Shown piece after piece: positions 22,445 to 32,396 of a stretch of DNA of 64,000 bases (position 1 is the stretch's first letter; every line of letters starts with the position of its first letter). The stretch spans positions 1,955 through 65,954 of the forward strand of contig JBAWWA010000002.1 in the NCBI GenBank assembly GCA_037146995.1, given 5' to 3'. The notes under the pieces were generated by a model. It did no database searches and was not told the origin of the DNA. It worked only from the letters and a program-made list of their open reading frames with translations. The translations under genes and the position numbers were made by a program. This DNA is from a bacterium (GTDB taxonomy: Bacteria; Patescibacteriota; Patescibacteriia; Patescibacteriales; GWE2-39-37).

Positions 22445-22681
22445 ATGATTAAAAAAAGACAAAGTCGCAACAACAAACTGAGTGGTTTTTTAGTACCGAT
22501 TGAACATTTTTGCAAAATCCAGCAACTATTCAATCACTCTAGGGCAGCTCGTCTGACAAATGCCAGTCAGGATTGTCCCCTATGCACCGGGACTATAGAA
22601 AACCAAACTGAATTTAAAAATGAACAAACCCAATCGATCATTAATCAATGCCCGAGTTGTTCAATTATTTACTCCAACTAG
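22445..22681 (+). CDS. small Cys-rich zinc-ribbon-like protein (78 aa)
   Basis: Internal ATG (MIKKRQS) of ORF 22301-22681, placed 14 nt after the previous gene. CPLC...CPSC pairs. Confidence 0.4.
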   Translation: MIKKRQSRNNKLSGFLVPIEHFCKIQQLFNHSRAARLTNASQDCPLCTGTIENQTEFKNEQTQSIINQCPSCSIIYSN

Positions 22682-22705
22682 AACCTTACTCTCCAACTAA
22701 ATAAC

Positions 22706-22735
22706 AAAAACCCATGTCACGTGACATGGGTTTTT
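22706..22735. terminator. bidirectional terminator
   Basis: Perfect 30-nt palindrome AAAAACCCATGTCAC/GTGACATGGGTTTTT between convergent genes. Confidence 0.7.
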
Positions 22736-22749
22736 AAATTGACCTGATC

Positions 22750-23055
22750 TTAAGCAATAGTTGCAATTTCAATTTTTGTGTATGGTTGGCGATGTCCAAC
22801 GTTACGCTTGTAACGAGTCTTGTTTTTGTATTTCACAACAGAAACCTTGTCAGCGCGACCGTGCTCAACAATTTTAGCCTCAACAATTTCGCCAAGCGAA
22901 GGCTTACCGATTTTCACATCTTCACCTTCGGCAGTCAATAAAGTTTCGAACTTCAAAATCGCACCTGCTTCAGCATCGAGCTTTTCCACTTTCAAAACAG
23001 ACCCTTGGGTAACTTTATACTGCTTACCACCAGTCTTAATTACGGCAATCTTTGA
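22750..23055 (-). CDS. rplU: 50S ribosomal protein L21
   Basis: MSKIAVIKTGGKQYKV...VKYKNKTRY canonical L21. Start could instead be the upstream ATG at 23070. Confidence 0.9.
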   Translation of the reverse strand, partial: SKIAVIKTGGKQYKVTQGSVLKVEKLDAEAGAILKFETLLTAEGEDVKIGKPSLGEIVEAKIVEHGRADKVSVVKYKNKTRYKRNVGHRQPYTKIEIATIA

Positions 23056-23257
23056 CATATTTTTAAACACTATTTAATATTCACCTCTATAATTTAGTCT
23101 TTTGACTTTAAACCTGTTTTTTAAACAAAAAACCGCCAACTCCATGACAGTACTACTATTATACTGATAATTACGATTTAGTCAAGTGTAAAAAACAAAA
23201 ATAAAATGACTAGTCATACATTATATTTCATTAATATTAGCCACAATTAACAAAATA

Positions 23258-24301
23258 TCAATTTTTTGAATTCAAAGTTTTTCTATCAATTAAGCTAAAA
23301 CCAACAATAATCAATATCATAGTTACAAATAATCCAATCAAAGCCATTATTTTACCACGACTTTGCAGAAATAAAGCAGACAAACCAAAAACCAAAGAAA
23401 AAGTGTAAAATATTAAAACTGTCAGGCGTTGGCCAAGGCCCAGGTCATATAAACGATGATGCAAGTGCTTTCTGTCAGCGGAACGAAACGGATTCTGACC
23501 ACCGAGTAAACGACGCAGTATTGTCCAACAGACATCAAGAATTGGAATACCCATAATCAACAAAGCAACAGCAAATTTACCGCCAGAGATTATGGCCAAG
23601 ACCCCTAAGGCATAGCCCAAAAATAATGATCCACCCTCACCTAAAAATATTTTTGCCGGATGAAAATTCCATAATAAAAAACCAAATATCGAACCAGCCA
23701 ATACAAGTGAGGCTAAACTGATATCCGGCTGAAAATAATGTGGCGTCAAGGTAAACAAAAAAATAATAATCGCACCAATACCTGAAACACCTGAAACCAG
23801 GCCATCCATGCCATCTAACAGCTTAGTCGTATACATCATACCCAGTAACCACAAGGTAATCAGTATTGGCGACCAATAGCTCAAATAAAAATAACCTCCG
23901 AAAGGACTTGAAACTCTTTCGATCTCAACCCCGCCCAAAATAACTGACACAATCGCCAAAACCGGAAAAATAAATTGCCAGCTTGGCTTTAAATTGTATT
24001 TGTCATCCAAGACACCACCCAACATAATTAATAAACCGCCAACAAAAAAACCAATATAATGACTAGGGCGAAGCATGGTCTGATCAAGTAAATGACTGCG
24101 TAAAAAAAACAGTACCAAAAAAAAGCTTAAAAAAACGGCACAACCACCAAGTAGTGGCATAGCACCCGTATGAATTTTTCGATCATCCGCCGGAATATCT
24201 AAAATTTTAAAGTACTTGGCAATTTTAATAGTTACCCAGGTCAAAAAAAATGACAGCAAAACTGTAAATAAAAAAGTATTAGAATAAAATAAATATGTCA
24301 T
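23258..24301 (-). CDS. MraY/WecA-family polyprenyl-phosphate N-acetylhexosamine-1-phosphate transferase
   Basis: About 10 TM helices. Cytoplasmic loop with DGMDGL and ...HLHHRLYDLGL motifs typical of the MraY/WecA/Rfe family. Confidence 0.75.
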   Translation of the reverse strand: MTYLFYSNTFLFTVLLSFFLTWVTIKIAKYFKILDIPADDRKIHTGAMPLLGGCAVFLSFFLVLFFLRSHLLDQTMLRPSHYIGFFVGGLLIMLGGVLDDKYNLKPSWQFIFPVLAIVSVILGGVEIERVSSPFGGYFYLSYWSPILITLWLLGMMYTTKLLDGMDGLVSGVSGIGAIIIFLFTLTPHYFQPDISLASLVLAGSIFGFLLWNFHPAKIFLGEGGSLFLGYALGVLAIISGGKFAVALLIMGIPILDVCWTILRRLLGGQNPFRSADRKHLHHRLYDLGLGQRLTVLIFYTFSLVFGLSALFLQSRGKIMALIGLFVTMILIIVGFSLIDRKTLNSKN

Positions 24302-27036
24302 AATGACTTTGCTTTTTCTATTGTTGCTTCACCCTCATCATTTATAACCAAGATGTCACGACGCCTTAAATCGCCAGATAAAATATTATCAGCAATTTTA
24401 TTTTCTATCCTATCTTGCAACAAACGACGGAGTGGTCTGGCACCAAACTTAACATCATAACCCAATTTTGACAAGATTTTTACACCGGCCTCCGAATATC
24501 TCAAGCCAATCCCCTTCGCAGCTAAATTTTTACCAATTTTATCGAGTGACAACTTAGCAATAGAAAAAATATCGTTTTCAGTTAGGGGTTTAAAGACTAT
24601 TAAGCCATCAAAGCGATTTATCAGTTCTGGCCGCATAATCTGATTCAGGTGCTCGTTAACAAGAATTTCTTTTATCGCCTCCAGGGCGGTATTCTTTTTT
24701 ATCTCAGCTTGAATAAAATTTGCGCCGGCATTGGAAGTGGCAATGATAATACAATTAGTAAAATCAATGGTCTTGCCTGCGCCATCGGTTAAGCGCCCAT
24801 CGTCCATGACTTGTAAAAATAAATTCAGAATATCAGGATGCGCCTTTTCAAATTCATCCAGGAGTAGCAAACAGAAAGGTTTTTTTCTGACTGCCTCCGT
24901 TAAATAACCTTTATCATCTTCTGAAGTGCCGATCATTTTAGAAATTGAACCCTGATTCTGATATTCACTCATGTCTATTCTTACCATATATTGCTCCCCG
25001 CCAAAATAGGTTTTGGCCAAAGTCTTGGCTAACTCAGTTTTACCGACACCAGTCGGACCCAAAAATAAAAAACTGGCAATCGGTCGTTTACCTTCAGTTA
25101 ATTGAGTTCTTGCCCGTCGCAAACTTGCCGCAATCATATCAACCGCCTCCGTCTGCCCAATCATGAACTGATGCATATTCTCCTCCAGTTTTAACAACTC
25201 CTTACCCTCACCTGCCCCAACCTTGGTTAACAAAATCCCGGTTTGCTCGCTAACAATTTTTGCCACTGACTCTTTATTAATAAGACCCTTGGTTTTACTG
25301 TTGTGACTAACTGCTAAAGCATTCAATACGGCAATGGCCTTCTCTGGCAAATAACGATCATGTTCATATTTAGCCGTCATTACCACGGCTGCCTCGATGG
25401 CGCTGTATGCGAATCTCACATTATTCATACCTTCCAACTGTGAAATTTTACTTTCAAGCATTTCAATGGCCTGATTGATAGTCGGCTCTGTCACAACCAC
25501 TTTTTGCATAATATTATCGATCGGCTTACCCTCAATGTATTTACTATAACTTGTAGTCGATACAGTAGCTAGACAAATTAAATTAGCTTGTTCTAGTGAA
25601 TTAACTAAGACATCCGCCAAATCAAGACTCGCCTCGCTACCAGAGCTAATACCGACGATAGTTTCGATATTATTTACGACGATAATAATATTGGTCGCAA
25701 AAACCACTTCAGTTAACATCGCCAAAAGTCGCTCCTCGGCTTGCGCCGGATTAACACCACTGATCAAACGGGAGACATCAAGTTCGACCAAACGCTTATC
25801 TCTAAGTATTTCTGGTACGGTTTCGGCTACCATTAATTGAGCAAGTCCTCCAATGATATTTTTTTTACCAACCCCTTCATCACCAACCAAGAGCACACCC
25901 TTTTTACCAGATTTTAAGGCATCAAAAATGGCTATCATTTCTGATTCACGAGCCACGCAAATCGGTAAAGAAAAATATTTTGCAGCCTTGGTCAAATCAT
26001 GACTTAAAGTATTAAGCAGAGGCGTAGCCTGGGCCGTATAGGCCCTGTCCATGTTACTAGCAGGCTTAAAACGTGACAACTCTTTATATTGCTGATAATT
26101 TTCTATCAAATGGTCATTAATCCTAAACCAATTAACCGCATTTTTTACTTGCAATAAACTAATTTCGGCATCAAGGAAGAGCTCGGTTATAATTTGATCA
26201 AGCTCATAAAGGCCTGGCAAGACGTTTATCACCTTTACCCGAGCCTGCCCTAAGTAGTAAGCACTGAAATAACCATCCAACAAAGCCTGACGCAAGGCCA
26301 CGCTAAAGCTTGGAGTGCCTGATCTGGTCGGTAATTTAATTAATTGATTTTTAATTTTCGCTGCAAAATCACTCGCGTTCAATTCTAAGCGATAAAATAA
26401 CACCCTAACTTCATAATCTTTTAAAGCTGCATACAAGAGATGAAGCGGCTCAACCTCTAGGTGATTCATTTTTTGAGCCAGTAAAAAAGCATTATCGATC
26501 ACATCAAGGGCTCTCAGACGATAAGCATTAGCAATATTAATTTTCTGCTCACGACCAAGCTTACGCAGGTTTAGATTTATAACATCCAAATCATTCGCCG
26601 CCAAATCACCTTGCCCTGACTTATAAATAATCATCTGCCGACTAGCAATATTGAAACTAATCCTAAATGTCAAATACATTGCACAAAATAAGCCCAACCA
26701 AAAATAAAGTAAATAAGGGCTTTTTTGAGACCAAAAATTTAAGATTAAATAAATATCAGCCTTATTTTCAAATAACCAAAATATCAAACCACCTAAACCC
26801 AAAAGAGCGCTACCAAAAAGAAACAAATCAACAAATAAGCTAAGTATTTTTTTGAGTCGCCACAAATAAATTGTCGGGGGATTTATTGCGGCTTGCCAAA
26901 AGAACAAACGACCATTGAATAGATAAGCCAAGCCCGTGCCAGAGCACTCCCTGCATCGGCCATGCCTAACATTGAGACCCGTGCCGTGACAAGCCTGACA
27001 ATCGATTTTGGTGGTTTTTATTTCAGTTTTAAACAT
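24298..27036 (-). CDS. membrane-anchored Clp-type double-ring AAA+ ATPase with N-terminal DnaJ-like zinc ribbon and degenerate D1
   Basis: N-terminal CQACHGTG...CRECSGTG, two TM helices, and Clp_N-like repeats. D1 has Walker A GDEGVGKKN and Walker B IIVVNN (no DE). D2 has intact Walker A GPTGVGKTELAKTLA, Walker B LLLLDEFEKAHPD, sensor and arginine finger. ATGA overlap with the downstream gene. Confidence 0.75.
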   Translation of the reverse strand: MFKTEIKTTKIDCQACHGTGLNVRHGRCRECSGTGLAYLFNGRLFFWQAAINPPTIYLWRLKKILSLFVDLFLFGSALLGLGGLIFWLFENKADIYLILNFWSQKSPYLLYFWLGLFCAMYLTFRISFNIASRQMIIYKSGQGDLAANDLDVINLNLRKLGREQKINIANAYRLRALDVIDNAFLLAQKMNHLEVEPLHLLYAALKDYEVRVLFYRLELNASDFAAKIKNQLIKLPTRSGTPSFSVALRQALLDGYFSAYYLGQARVKVINVLPGLYELDQIITELFLDAEISLLQVKNAVNWFRINDHLIENYQQYKELSRFKPASNMDRAYTAQATPLLNTLSHDLTKAAKYFSLPICVARESEMIAIFDALKSGKKGVLLVGDEGVGKKNIIGGLAQLMVAETVPEILRDKRLVELDVSRLISGVNPAQAEERLLAMLTEVVFATNIIIVVNNIETIVGISSGSEASLDLADVLVNSLEQANLICLATVSTTSYSKYIEGKPIDNIMQKVVVTEPTINQAIEMLESKISQLEGMNNVRFAYSAIEAAVVMTAKYEHDRYLPEKAIAVLNALAVSHNSKTKGLINKESVAKIVSEQTGILLTKVGAGEGKELLKLEENMHQFMIGQTEAVDMIAASLRRARTQLTEGKRPIASFLFLGPTGVGKTELAKTLAKTYFGGEQYMVRIDMSEYQNQGSISKMIGTSEDDKGYLTEAVRKKPFCLLLLDEFEKAHPDILNLFLQVMDDGRLTDGAGKTIDFTNCIIIATSNAGANFIQAEIKKNTALEAIKEILVNEHLNQIMRPELINRFDGLIVFKPLTENDIFSIAKLSLDKIGKNLAAKGIGLRYSEAGVKILSKLGYDVKFGARPLRRLLQDRIENKIADNILSGDLRRRDILVINDEGEATIEKAKSL

Positions 27037-27406
27037 TGAAATTTATAATTAAGCCCTTTATCAGGACAACTGGTAAAACCAACCACCCAGCCAAGAATAA
27101 TAGAGACAAAAAAACCCAAACCATCATTATGCTGCCCCGGAAAGCAATCTGCAGGCTTCGTATAAACAAACTTATTAAACGGCTAAAGATGTCCGTTTGG
27201 CCAAACATGGGGGTAAAAAGATTGGTCACCCAAACTAATAAGCCAAGACTGCTTTCACGGTGACTTAAAAATTCAAAAACAAACTTTATAGCGCCAAAAA
27301 AACCAATTGAATACCACCATAATGGAAAAATGGCTAAATTTAGCAAATTATTATAAAGTAAACTGTCCCTGCGAAGTGTATGATTCATTGCTGTATTATA
27401 ACACAA
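27029..27406 (-). CDS. polytopic small membrane protein (125 aa)
   Basis: 3-4 hydrophobic helices. 8-nt overlap with the start of the Clp-type gene. Confidence 0.45.
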   Translation of the reverse strand: MCYNTAMNHTLRRDSLLYNNLLNLAIFPLWWYSIGFFGAIKFVFEFLSHRESSLGLLVWVTNLFTPMFGQTDIFSRLISLFIRSLQIAFRGSIMMVWVFLSLLFLAGWLVLPVVLIKGLIINFNV

Positions 27407-27479
27407 AACATCAAAATACTAAAAGTTCTTAAAAATACCTCAAATCTTGATAATTATCAGTAGGATGTAATTATTTTAC

Positions 27480-27508
27480 TTGACAAATAACCATAAATAA
27501 CCTATTAT
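27480..27508 (+). promoter_or_regulatory. candidate sigma70 promoter for secE-nusG-rplKA
   Basis: TTGACA, 17-nt spacer, TATTAT, about 95 nt upstream of secE. Confidence 0.4.
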
Positions 27509-27604
27509 TTAAATATATTTACTGCCCACATTGGGTAGTTTTTTAAATCAAAAAATAAATTTAAGGATCAAGCATTTTTAAATTTATCATTAACATCCAA
27601 CGAG

Positions 27605-27796
27605 ATGAACAAATTAACCGCCTATATCAATGAGTCGATGGTTGAACTTAAAAAGGTTAGCTGGCCAACTCAAAAGCAAACACAGGGTTATACGATTTTA
27701 GTCTTAGGCATCAGTTTAGGCATGGCCATTTACCTCGGTCTTGTAGATACTGCCTTCAATTATGGTTTAAAATTATTTTTAACTCGCGGTTTATAA
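27605..27796 (+). CDS. secE: preprotein translocase subunit SecE
   Basis: 63 aa, single C-terminal TM helix. Conserved position immediately upstream of nusG. Confidence 0.8.
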   Translation: MNKLTAYINESMVELKKVSWPTQKQTQGYTILVLGISLGMAIYLGLVDTAFNYGLKLFLTRGL

Positions 27797-27804
27797 TTTT
27801 TAAT

Positions 27805-28350
27805 ATGGCAAAGCAATCAATCAATCAAGGTCGTCGCTGGTACGTGATTCACACTTACTCCGGGTACGAAGAAAACGTGACTCAAAGTTTAAAGCAAAGA
27901 ATCGAAACCATGGACATGGAAGACAAAATTTTTAATGTCTTAGTGCCGATCGAGAAAAAAATTAAAATCAAAAATGGCAAACGTAAAACCGTTGAGGAAA
28001 AAATCTTTCCTGGTTATGTTTTAGTGGAAATGGTTGTTAATGACGACTCCTGGTATGTAGTGCGTAATACGCCAAACGTTACTGGCTTTATCGGCACCGG
28101 TACTATTCCTACCCCGCTTGGCGACCATGAAGTCAAAGAGCTTCAAAAGCGCATGGGCGTTGAAGATCCAAAGTTTCAAATTGATGTTACCGTCAACTCA
28201 CCTGTCAAAATCATTGACGGTCCATTTAAAAATCTTGAAGGCAAAATTACAACCATTGATGAGGCTAAAGGCAAGGTCAAGGTTTTGGTTTCAATGTTTG
28301 GTCGCGAGACACCAGTAGAGCTAGATTTCTTGCAAATCAAAAAGATATAA
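27805..28350 (+). CDS. nusG: transcription termination/antitermination factor NusG
   Basis: NGN domain (WYVIHTYSGYE) and C-terminal KOW motif. 181 aa. Confidence 0.9.
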   Translation: MAKQSINQGRRWYVIHTYSGYEENVTQSLKQRIETMDMEDKIFNVLVPIEKKIKIKNGKRKTVEEKIFPGYVLVEMVVNDDSWYVVRNTPNVTGFIGTGTIPTPLGDHEVKELQKRMGVEDPKFQIDVTVNSPVKIIDGPFKNLEGKITTIDEAKGKVKVLVSMFGRETPVELDFLQIKKI

Positions 28351-28409
28351 ACAACTTAATACCTCCCTGCGCTTCTCTGGGATATTATATATAGAATAAT
28401 AAAAATTAT

Positions 28410-28832
28410 ATGGCTAAATTAGTAACTCAAATCAAATTACAAATTCCTGGCGGTCAGGCAAATCCTGCACCTCCGGTCGGTCCAGCCTTGGGTCAACACG
28501 GTCTACAGATACAGGCTTTTTGCCAGCAATTTAACGCTGCCACTTCTGACCGCATGGGCGAAGTCGTGCCAGTACTTATTAATGTTTATGATGATCGTAC
28601 CTTTACTTTCATCACCAAGACGCCACCAGCTGGTGAATTGATCAAGAAATTTGCCAAATTAAAAAGTGGTTCTAAAAAGTCAAAAACTGAAAAAGTTGGC
28701 TCTATTACTACTGAACAATTAAGAGAAATTGCCACCATCAAGCTACCAGATTTAAACACTGATAATGTGGACAATGCTATGCGCACGATTGCTGGCACAG
28801 CACGTCAAATGGGAGTAACTATCAAAGATTAA
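28410..28832 (+). CDS. rplK: 50S ribosomal protein L11
   Basis: [31 protein letters not shown] canonical L11. Confidence 0.95.
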   Translation: MAKLVTQIKLQIPGGQANPAPPVGPALGQHGLQIQAFCQQFNAATSDRMGEVVPVLINVYDDRTFTFITKTPPAGELIKKFAKLKSGSKKSKTEKVGSITTEQLREIATIKLPDLNTDNVDNAMRTIAGTARQMGVTIKD

Positions 28833-28881
28833 TAATTAAACGTGGGAGTCAAAGTTGACGCTATAACCACTAAATAAATGT

Positions 28882-29574
28882 ATGCCAAAAAAAGCACCAG
28901 CCAACAAGAAGGCAAAGCTAAAAGTTTATGATTACGACAAGACTAAGTCGTACAACGTGATCGAAGCGATCGAATTAGTAAAAAAATTCTCGAACTCAAA
29001 ATTTGATGCTTCCGTTGAAGCTCACTTCCGCCTAGGTATCGATGTCAAAAAAGGTGACCAGCAAATTCGCGCTGCCGTTAGTCTACCACACGGTACAGGC
29101 AAGACCGTAAAGGTCGCTGCCTTTGTACCAGCCGATAAAGAAGCTGATGCAAGAGCTGCCGGTGCTGACGTCGTCGGCGGTGAAGAGCTTATTGATGAAA
29201 TCAAAAAAACCGAGAAGACTGACTTTCAAGTCGCAATCGCCACGCCAGACATGATGAGATTACTTGCCCCAATTGCCAAAATTCTCGGCACACGTGGCCT
29301 TATGCCTTCACCAAAGAATGACACTGTCACAGTTGAGCCAGCCAAAGCAATTGCAGAAATTAAAAAAGGTAAAATTTCTTTCAAAAATGATGATGGCGGT
29401 ATTGTGCACATGAGTATTGGCAAAACCTCTTTTGAAGCGACAAAAATTTCAGAGAACTTAACTGCAGTTGTTGCCTTACTAAAGAAAATCAAGCCAGCTA
29501 AAGCCAAGGGTGTCTACATAAAATCAGTAACCATCTGTTCAACCATGGGTCCTGGCATCAAAGTCACACTTTAA
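28882..29574 (+). CDS. rplA: 50S ribosomal protein L1
   Basis: Canonical L1 motifs FDASVEAHF.LGID and GKTVKVAAF. 230 aa. Confidence 0.95.
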   Translation: MPKKAPANKKAKLKVYDYDKTKSYNVIEAIELVKKFSNSKFDASVEAHFRLGIDVKKGDQQIRAAVSLPHGTGKTVKVAAFVPADKEADARAAGADVVGGEELIDEIKKTEKTDFQVAIATPDMMRLLAPIAKILGTRGLMPSPKNDTVTVEPAKAIAEIKKGKISFKNDDGGIVHMSIGKTSFEATKISENLTAVVALLKKIKPAKAKGVYIKSVTICSTMGPGIKVTL

Positions 29575-29588
29575 AAGCGATATACAGA

Positions 29589-29613
29589 AAAACAACCGCA
29601 AGGTTGTTTTTTT
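29589..29613 (+). terminator. rho-independent terminator after rplA
   Basis: AAAACAACC-gcaa-GGTTGTTTTTTT. Confidence 0.65.
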
Positions 29614-29670
29614 GTTGACTTTTGGCAATTTAAGACCTAGGCTTATATTAACTATAATTAAACAAAATAT

Positions 29671-30426
29671 ATGTTTTATTTACTTGCGTTTTTATTCGTT
29701 ATTTTTGTAATTCTTCCAGGACTCAGAGTTGTTCAACAATACCAAAAAGGTGTGGTCTTTCGTTTTGGTAAAATTGTCAGAGAGTGCAACCCTGGCCTGA
29801 ATTGGGTCATTCCCTATATCGAATGGATGCGCAATATCGACATGCGCACAATCACTCTACCGATACCGCCACAGAAAATCATTACCAAGGATAATATTTC
29901 AGTTGATATTTCGGCCGTTGCCTATTACAAGATCATCGATCCTATTAAAAGCATTGTCGCCATTGAAAACGTCATGACGGCTATCAATCAAATTGCTCAA
30001 ACCACATTACGCAACAATGTTGGCCGCTTTCAATTAGATGAAATCCTTTCAGAACGTGACACTATTAACGCTGAAATCAGAAAAGTCCTTGATGGCCATA
30101 CCGAACCATGGGGGGTAATTGTTTCTCTCGTAGAAATAAAAGACATTGAGCTGCCAGAAAATATGCAACGTGCCATGGCTAAGCAAGCCGAGGCCGAGCG
30201 TGAGAAGCGCGCTAAAATTATCGCCGCTGAAGGTGAATTGCTGGCCTCTCTAAAATTAGGCGAAGCAGCGGATGTTATTGCGGCGCATCCAATCGCTTTA
30301 CAACTACGTAATTTACAAACTATGGCCGAAATCAGTATTGAAAAAAATTCGACTATCATCTTCCCGGCCCAATTAATGAGCACCGTAAATGATATTAAAA
30401 ATTTCATCAATGGTGAGAAAAAATAA
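29671..30426 (+). CDS. SPFH/Band-7 (stomatin/prohibitin-like) membrane protein
   Basis: N-terminal TM. SPFH core with QQYQKGVVFRFGK. C-terminal coiled coil AKQAEAEREKRAKIIAAEGE. Confidence 0.85.
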   Translation: MFYLLAFLFVIFVILPGLRVVQQYQKGVVFRFGKIVRECNPGLNWVIPYIEWMRNIDMRTITLPIPPQKIITKDNISVDISAVAYYKIIDPIKSIVAIENVMTAINQIAQTTLRNNVGRFQLDEILSERDTINAEIRKVLDGHTEPWGVIVSLVEIKDIELPENMQRAMAKQAEAEREKRAKIIAAEGELLASLKLGEAADVIAAHPIALQLRNLQTMAEISIEKNSTIIFPAQLMSTVNDIKNFINGEKK

Positions 30427-30462
30427 ACCACTTATTTTTATAATTTTGTAATTTTTTACTAT

Positions 30463-30490
30463 AAAACAGCAATAAAATTGCTGTTTTATT
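30463..30490 (+). terminator. rho-independent terminator after SPFH gene
   Basis: Perfect AAAACAGCAAT-aaa-ATTGCTGTTTT. Confidence 0.65.
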
Positions 30491-30630
30491 ATGCTTTACT
30501 TTTTACCCCTATTAAATTAAAATATAAAGACTAAAATACTTATACACAAGGCCTTAAGGAGGGGCTTTGTTTTTGGTCGAGGGATAGCTCCCCAACATAC
30601 AAAAAGCCTTTAGCTAATAACTAAAAACCT

Positions 30631-31254
30631 ATGCAAACCCCCTTCAAACGTCCATCATGGGATGAATATTTCATGAAAATTACCGAAATCGTCGGCTCAA
30701 GAGGCACTTGTGACCGTGGTCGTTCAGGCTGCGTAATCACCAAGGAAAAAAGAATCATCTCCACAGGCTATGTCGGTTCCCCGATTAACACCATGCATTG
30801 CGATGAGGCAGGACATGAGATGCACACGGTAACTCACCCGGACGGCTCACAATCAAGACACTGCATCAGAACTACTCATGCCGAACAAAATGCTATTTGC
30901 CAAGCAGCACGAACAGGTATTGCCTTGGGTGGCGCTACCCTTTACTGCAAAATGACACCTTGCTACACCTGTGCAAAAATGATTATCAATTCAGGCATTG
31001 CCCGTGTCGTTTGCGATAATGACTATCATGCAGGCAAACGCAGTAAAGAAATATTCGCCGAGGCCGGCGTACAATTCAAGCTTTTGAACTCTGAGACAAT
31101 TACTTATGCTGATATGAAACCGGAGGCAAAAATAAACATAAAGATCAGCGAGACATTAAATCAGATTAAAGACACCGCAGTGCCTGTCAAGGTTATCTCA
31201 AACAGTCAGTTAACCGAAAATGACAACCTAGTGTCGGCAGAAATTCCACTATAA
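30631..31254 (+). CDS. dCMP deaminase (cytidine/deoxycytidylate deaminase zinc-binding family, ComEB-like)
   Basis: HAEQNAI zinc-ligand motif and PCYTCAKMI second motif. 207 aa. Confidence 0.8.
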   Translation: MQTPFKRPSWDEYFMKITEIVGSRGTCDRGRSGCVITKEKRIISTGYVGSPINTMHCDEAGHEMHTVTHPDGSQSRHCIRTTHAEQNAICQAARTGIALGGATLYCKMTPCYTCAKMIINSGIARVVCDNDYHAGKRSKEIFAEAGVQFKLLNSETITYADMKPEAKINIKISETLNQIKDTAVPVKVISNSQLTENDNLVSAEIPL

Positions 31255-31258
31255 AATT

Positions 31259-31813
31259 ATGGCAAAATTAATTATTGGCATTACCGGCCTTATGGCCTCT
31301 GGCAAAGGCACGGCAGCAAAATACATTGTTGATAACTACAGCGCCTCGTCACATCGCTTTTCGACCATGTTACGGGACACTTTGGATAGATATTATCTAC
31401 CTCATACTAGAGAAAATATGGTCACCGTATCAGAGATAATGCGGACTAGTTTCGGCCAAGATATTCTGGCTAAAGTAATGGCCGAAGATGCTAAAAATGA
31501 TGAAAAAGAAATTGTTGTAATCGAGGGCATCAGGCGCATGGCAGACATTACCCACCTGAGCAAACTCAATAATTTTGTCCTTGTGCAAATTATTGCTGAG
31601 CCAAAATTGAGACATTCAAGACTCTCGATACGCGGCGAAAATGCCGATGACAACACAAAAACTTACGACCAATTCATTCAAGACCACAATCTACCAACTG
31701 AAAAAACTATTCCTGAAGTCATGAATCAGGCCAAGGAAACATTGGACAATAATCTAGACATGAAAGAGCTTAGTGTCCAAATTGATAACTTGATAAAAAA
31801 ATTGATTTTATAA
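31259..31813 (+). CDS. P-loop nucleoside/nucleotide kinase-like protein (paralogue A)
   Basis: Walker A GITGLMASGKGT. Conserved HRFST...RD...TREN...VIEGIRR...RGEN LID-like arginines. Confidence 0.6.
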   Translation: MAKLIIGITGLMASGKGTAAKYIVDNYSASSHRFSTMLRDTLDRYYLPHTRENMVTVSEIMRTSFGQDILAKVMAEDAKNDEKEIVVIEGIRRMADITHLSKLNNFVLVQIIAEPKLRHSRLSIRGENADDNTKTYDQFIQDHNLPTEKTIPEVMNQAKETLDNNLDMKELSVQIDNLIKKLIL

Positions 31814-31814
31814 T

Positions 31815-32369
31815 ATGGCCGAACAAATAATTTTTGGATTAGTTGGTGAACAAGCCAGTGGCAAGGGTGAAGCAAGTAAGTACATTAAAGAGCGTTACGG
31901 AGCTGCCAGTTATCGTTTCTCCACTCCGATGCGCGATATCTTAAATCGCGTTCAACTACCCCTAACTAGGGAGAACCTGCAAGATGTCTCGACAATACTT
32001 AGAAAAAGATTTGGTCAAGACTTATTTGTAAATGCCATTATGCGTGATATCAAATATGATCCTACAAAAATCATCATCGTCGAGGGCATCAGATTATTAA
32101 TCGACACCGAGAAGTTAAGTCAATTACCAAATTTTAAATTAATTTACATAGACACTAGTCCTGAAGCACGTTTTGCCAGACTAAAGCACCGAGGTGAAAA
32201 TACTGATGATCACTTAAAAACTTTTGAAGATTTTGAAAAAGACCACGAAAAAGAAACGGAGCAACAAATTATCAAGCTCAAGATGCAAGCTAATTACGTG
32301 ATTGACAACGAAGGTAGTCTGACAGAATTACACAAAAAACTCGACAACATAATAAAAGGAGGATTATAA
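31815..32369 (+). CDS. P-loop nucleoside/nucleotide kinase-like protein (paralogue B)
   Basis: Walker A GLVGEQASGKGE. Same conserved LID-like motifs as paralogue A (YRFSTPMRD...TREN...VEGIRL...HRGEN). Same length (184 aa). Confidence 0.6.
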   Translation: MAEQIIFGLVGEQASGKGEASKYIKERYGAASYRFSTPMRDILNRVQLPLTRENLQDVSTILRKRFGQDLFVNAIMRDIKYDPTKIIIVEGIRLLIDTEKLSQLPNFKLIYIDTSPEARFARLKHRGENTDDHLKTFEDFEKDHEKETEQQIIKLKMQANYVIDNEGSLTELHKKLDNIIKGGL

Positions 32370-32396
32370 ATCCTCTTTTGTTATCTACAAAATATC

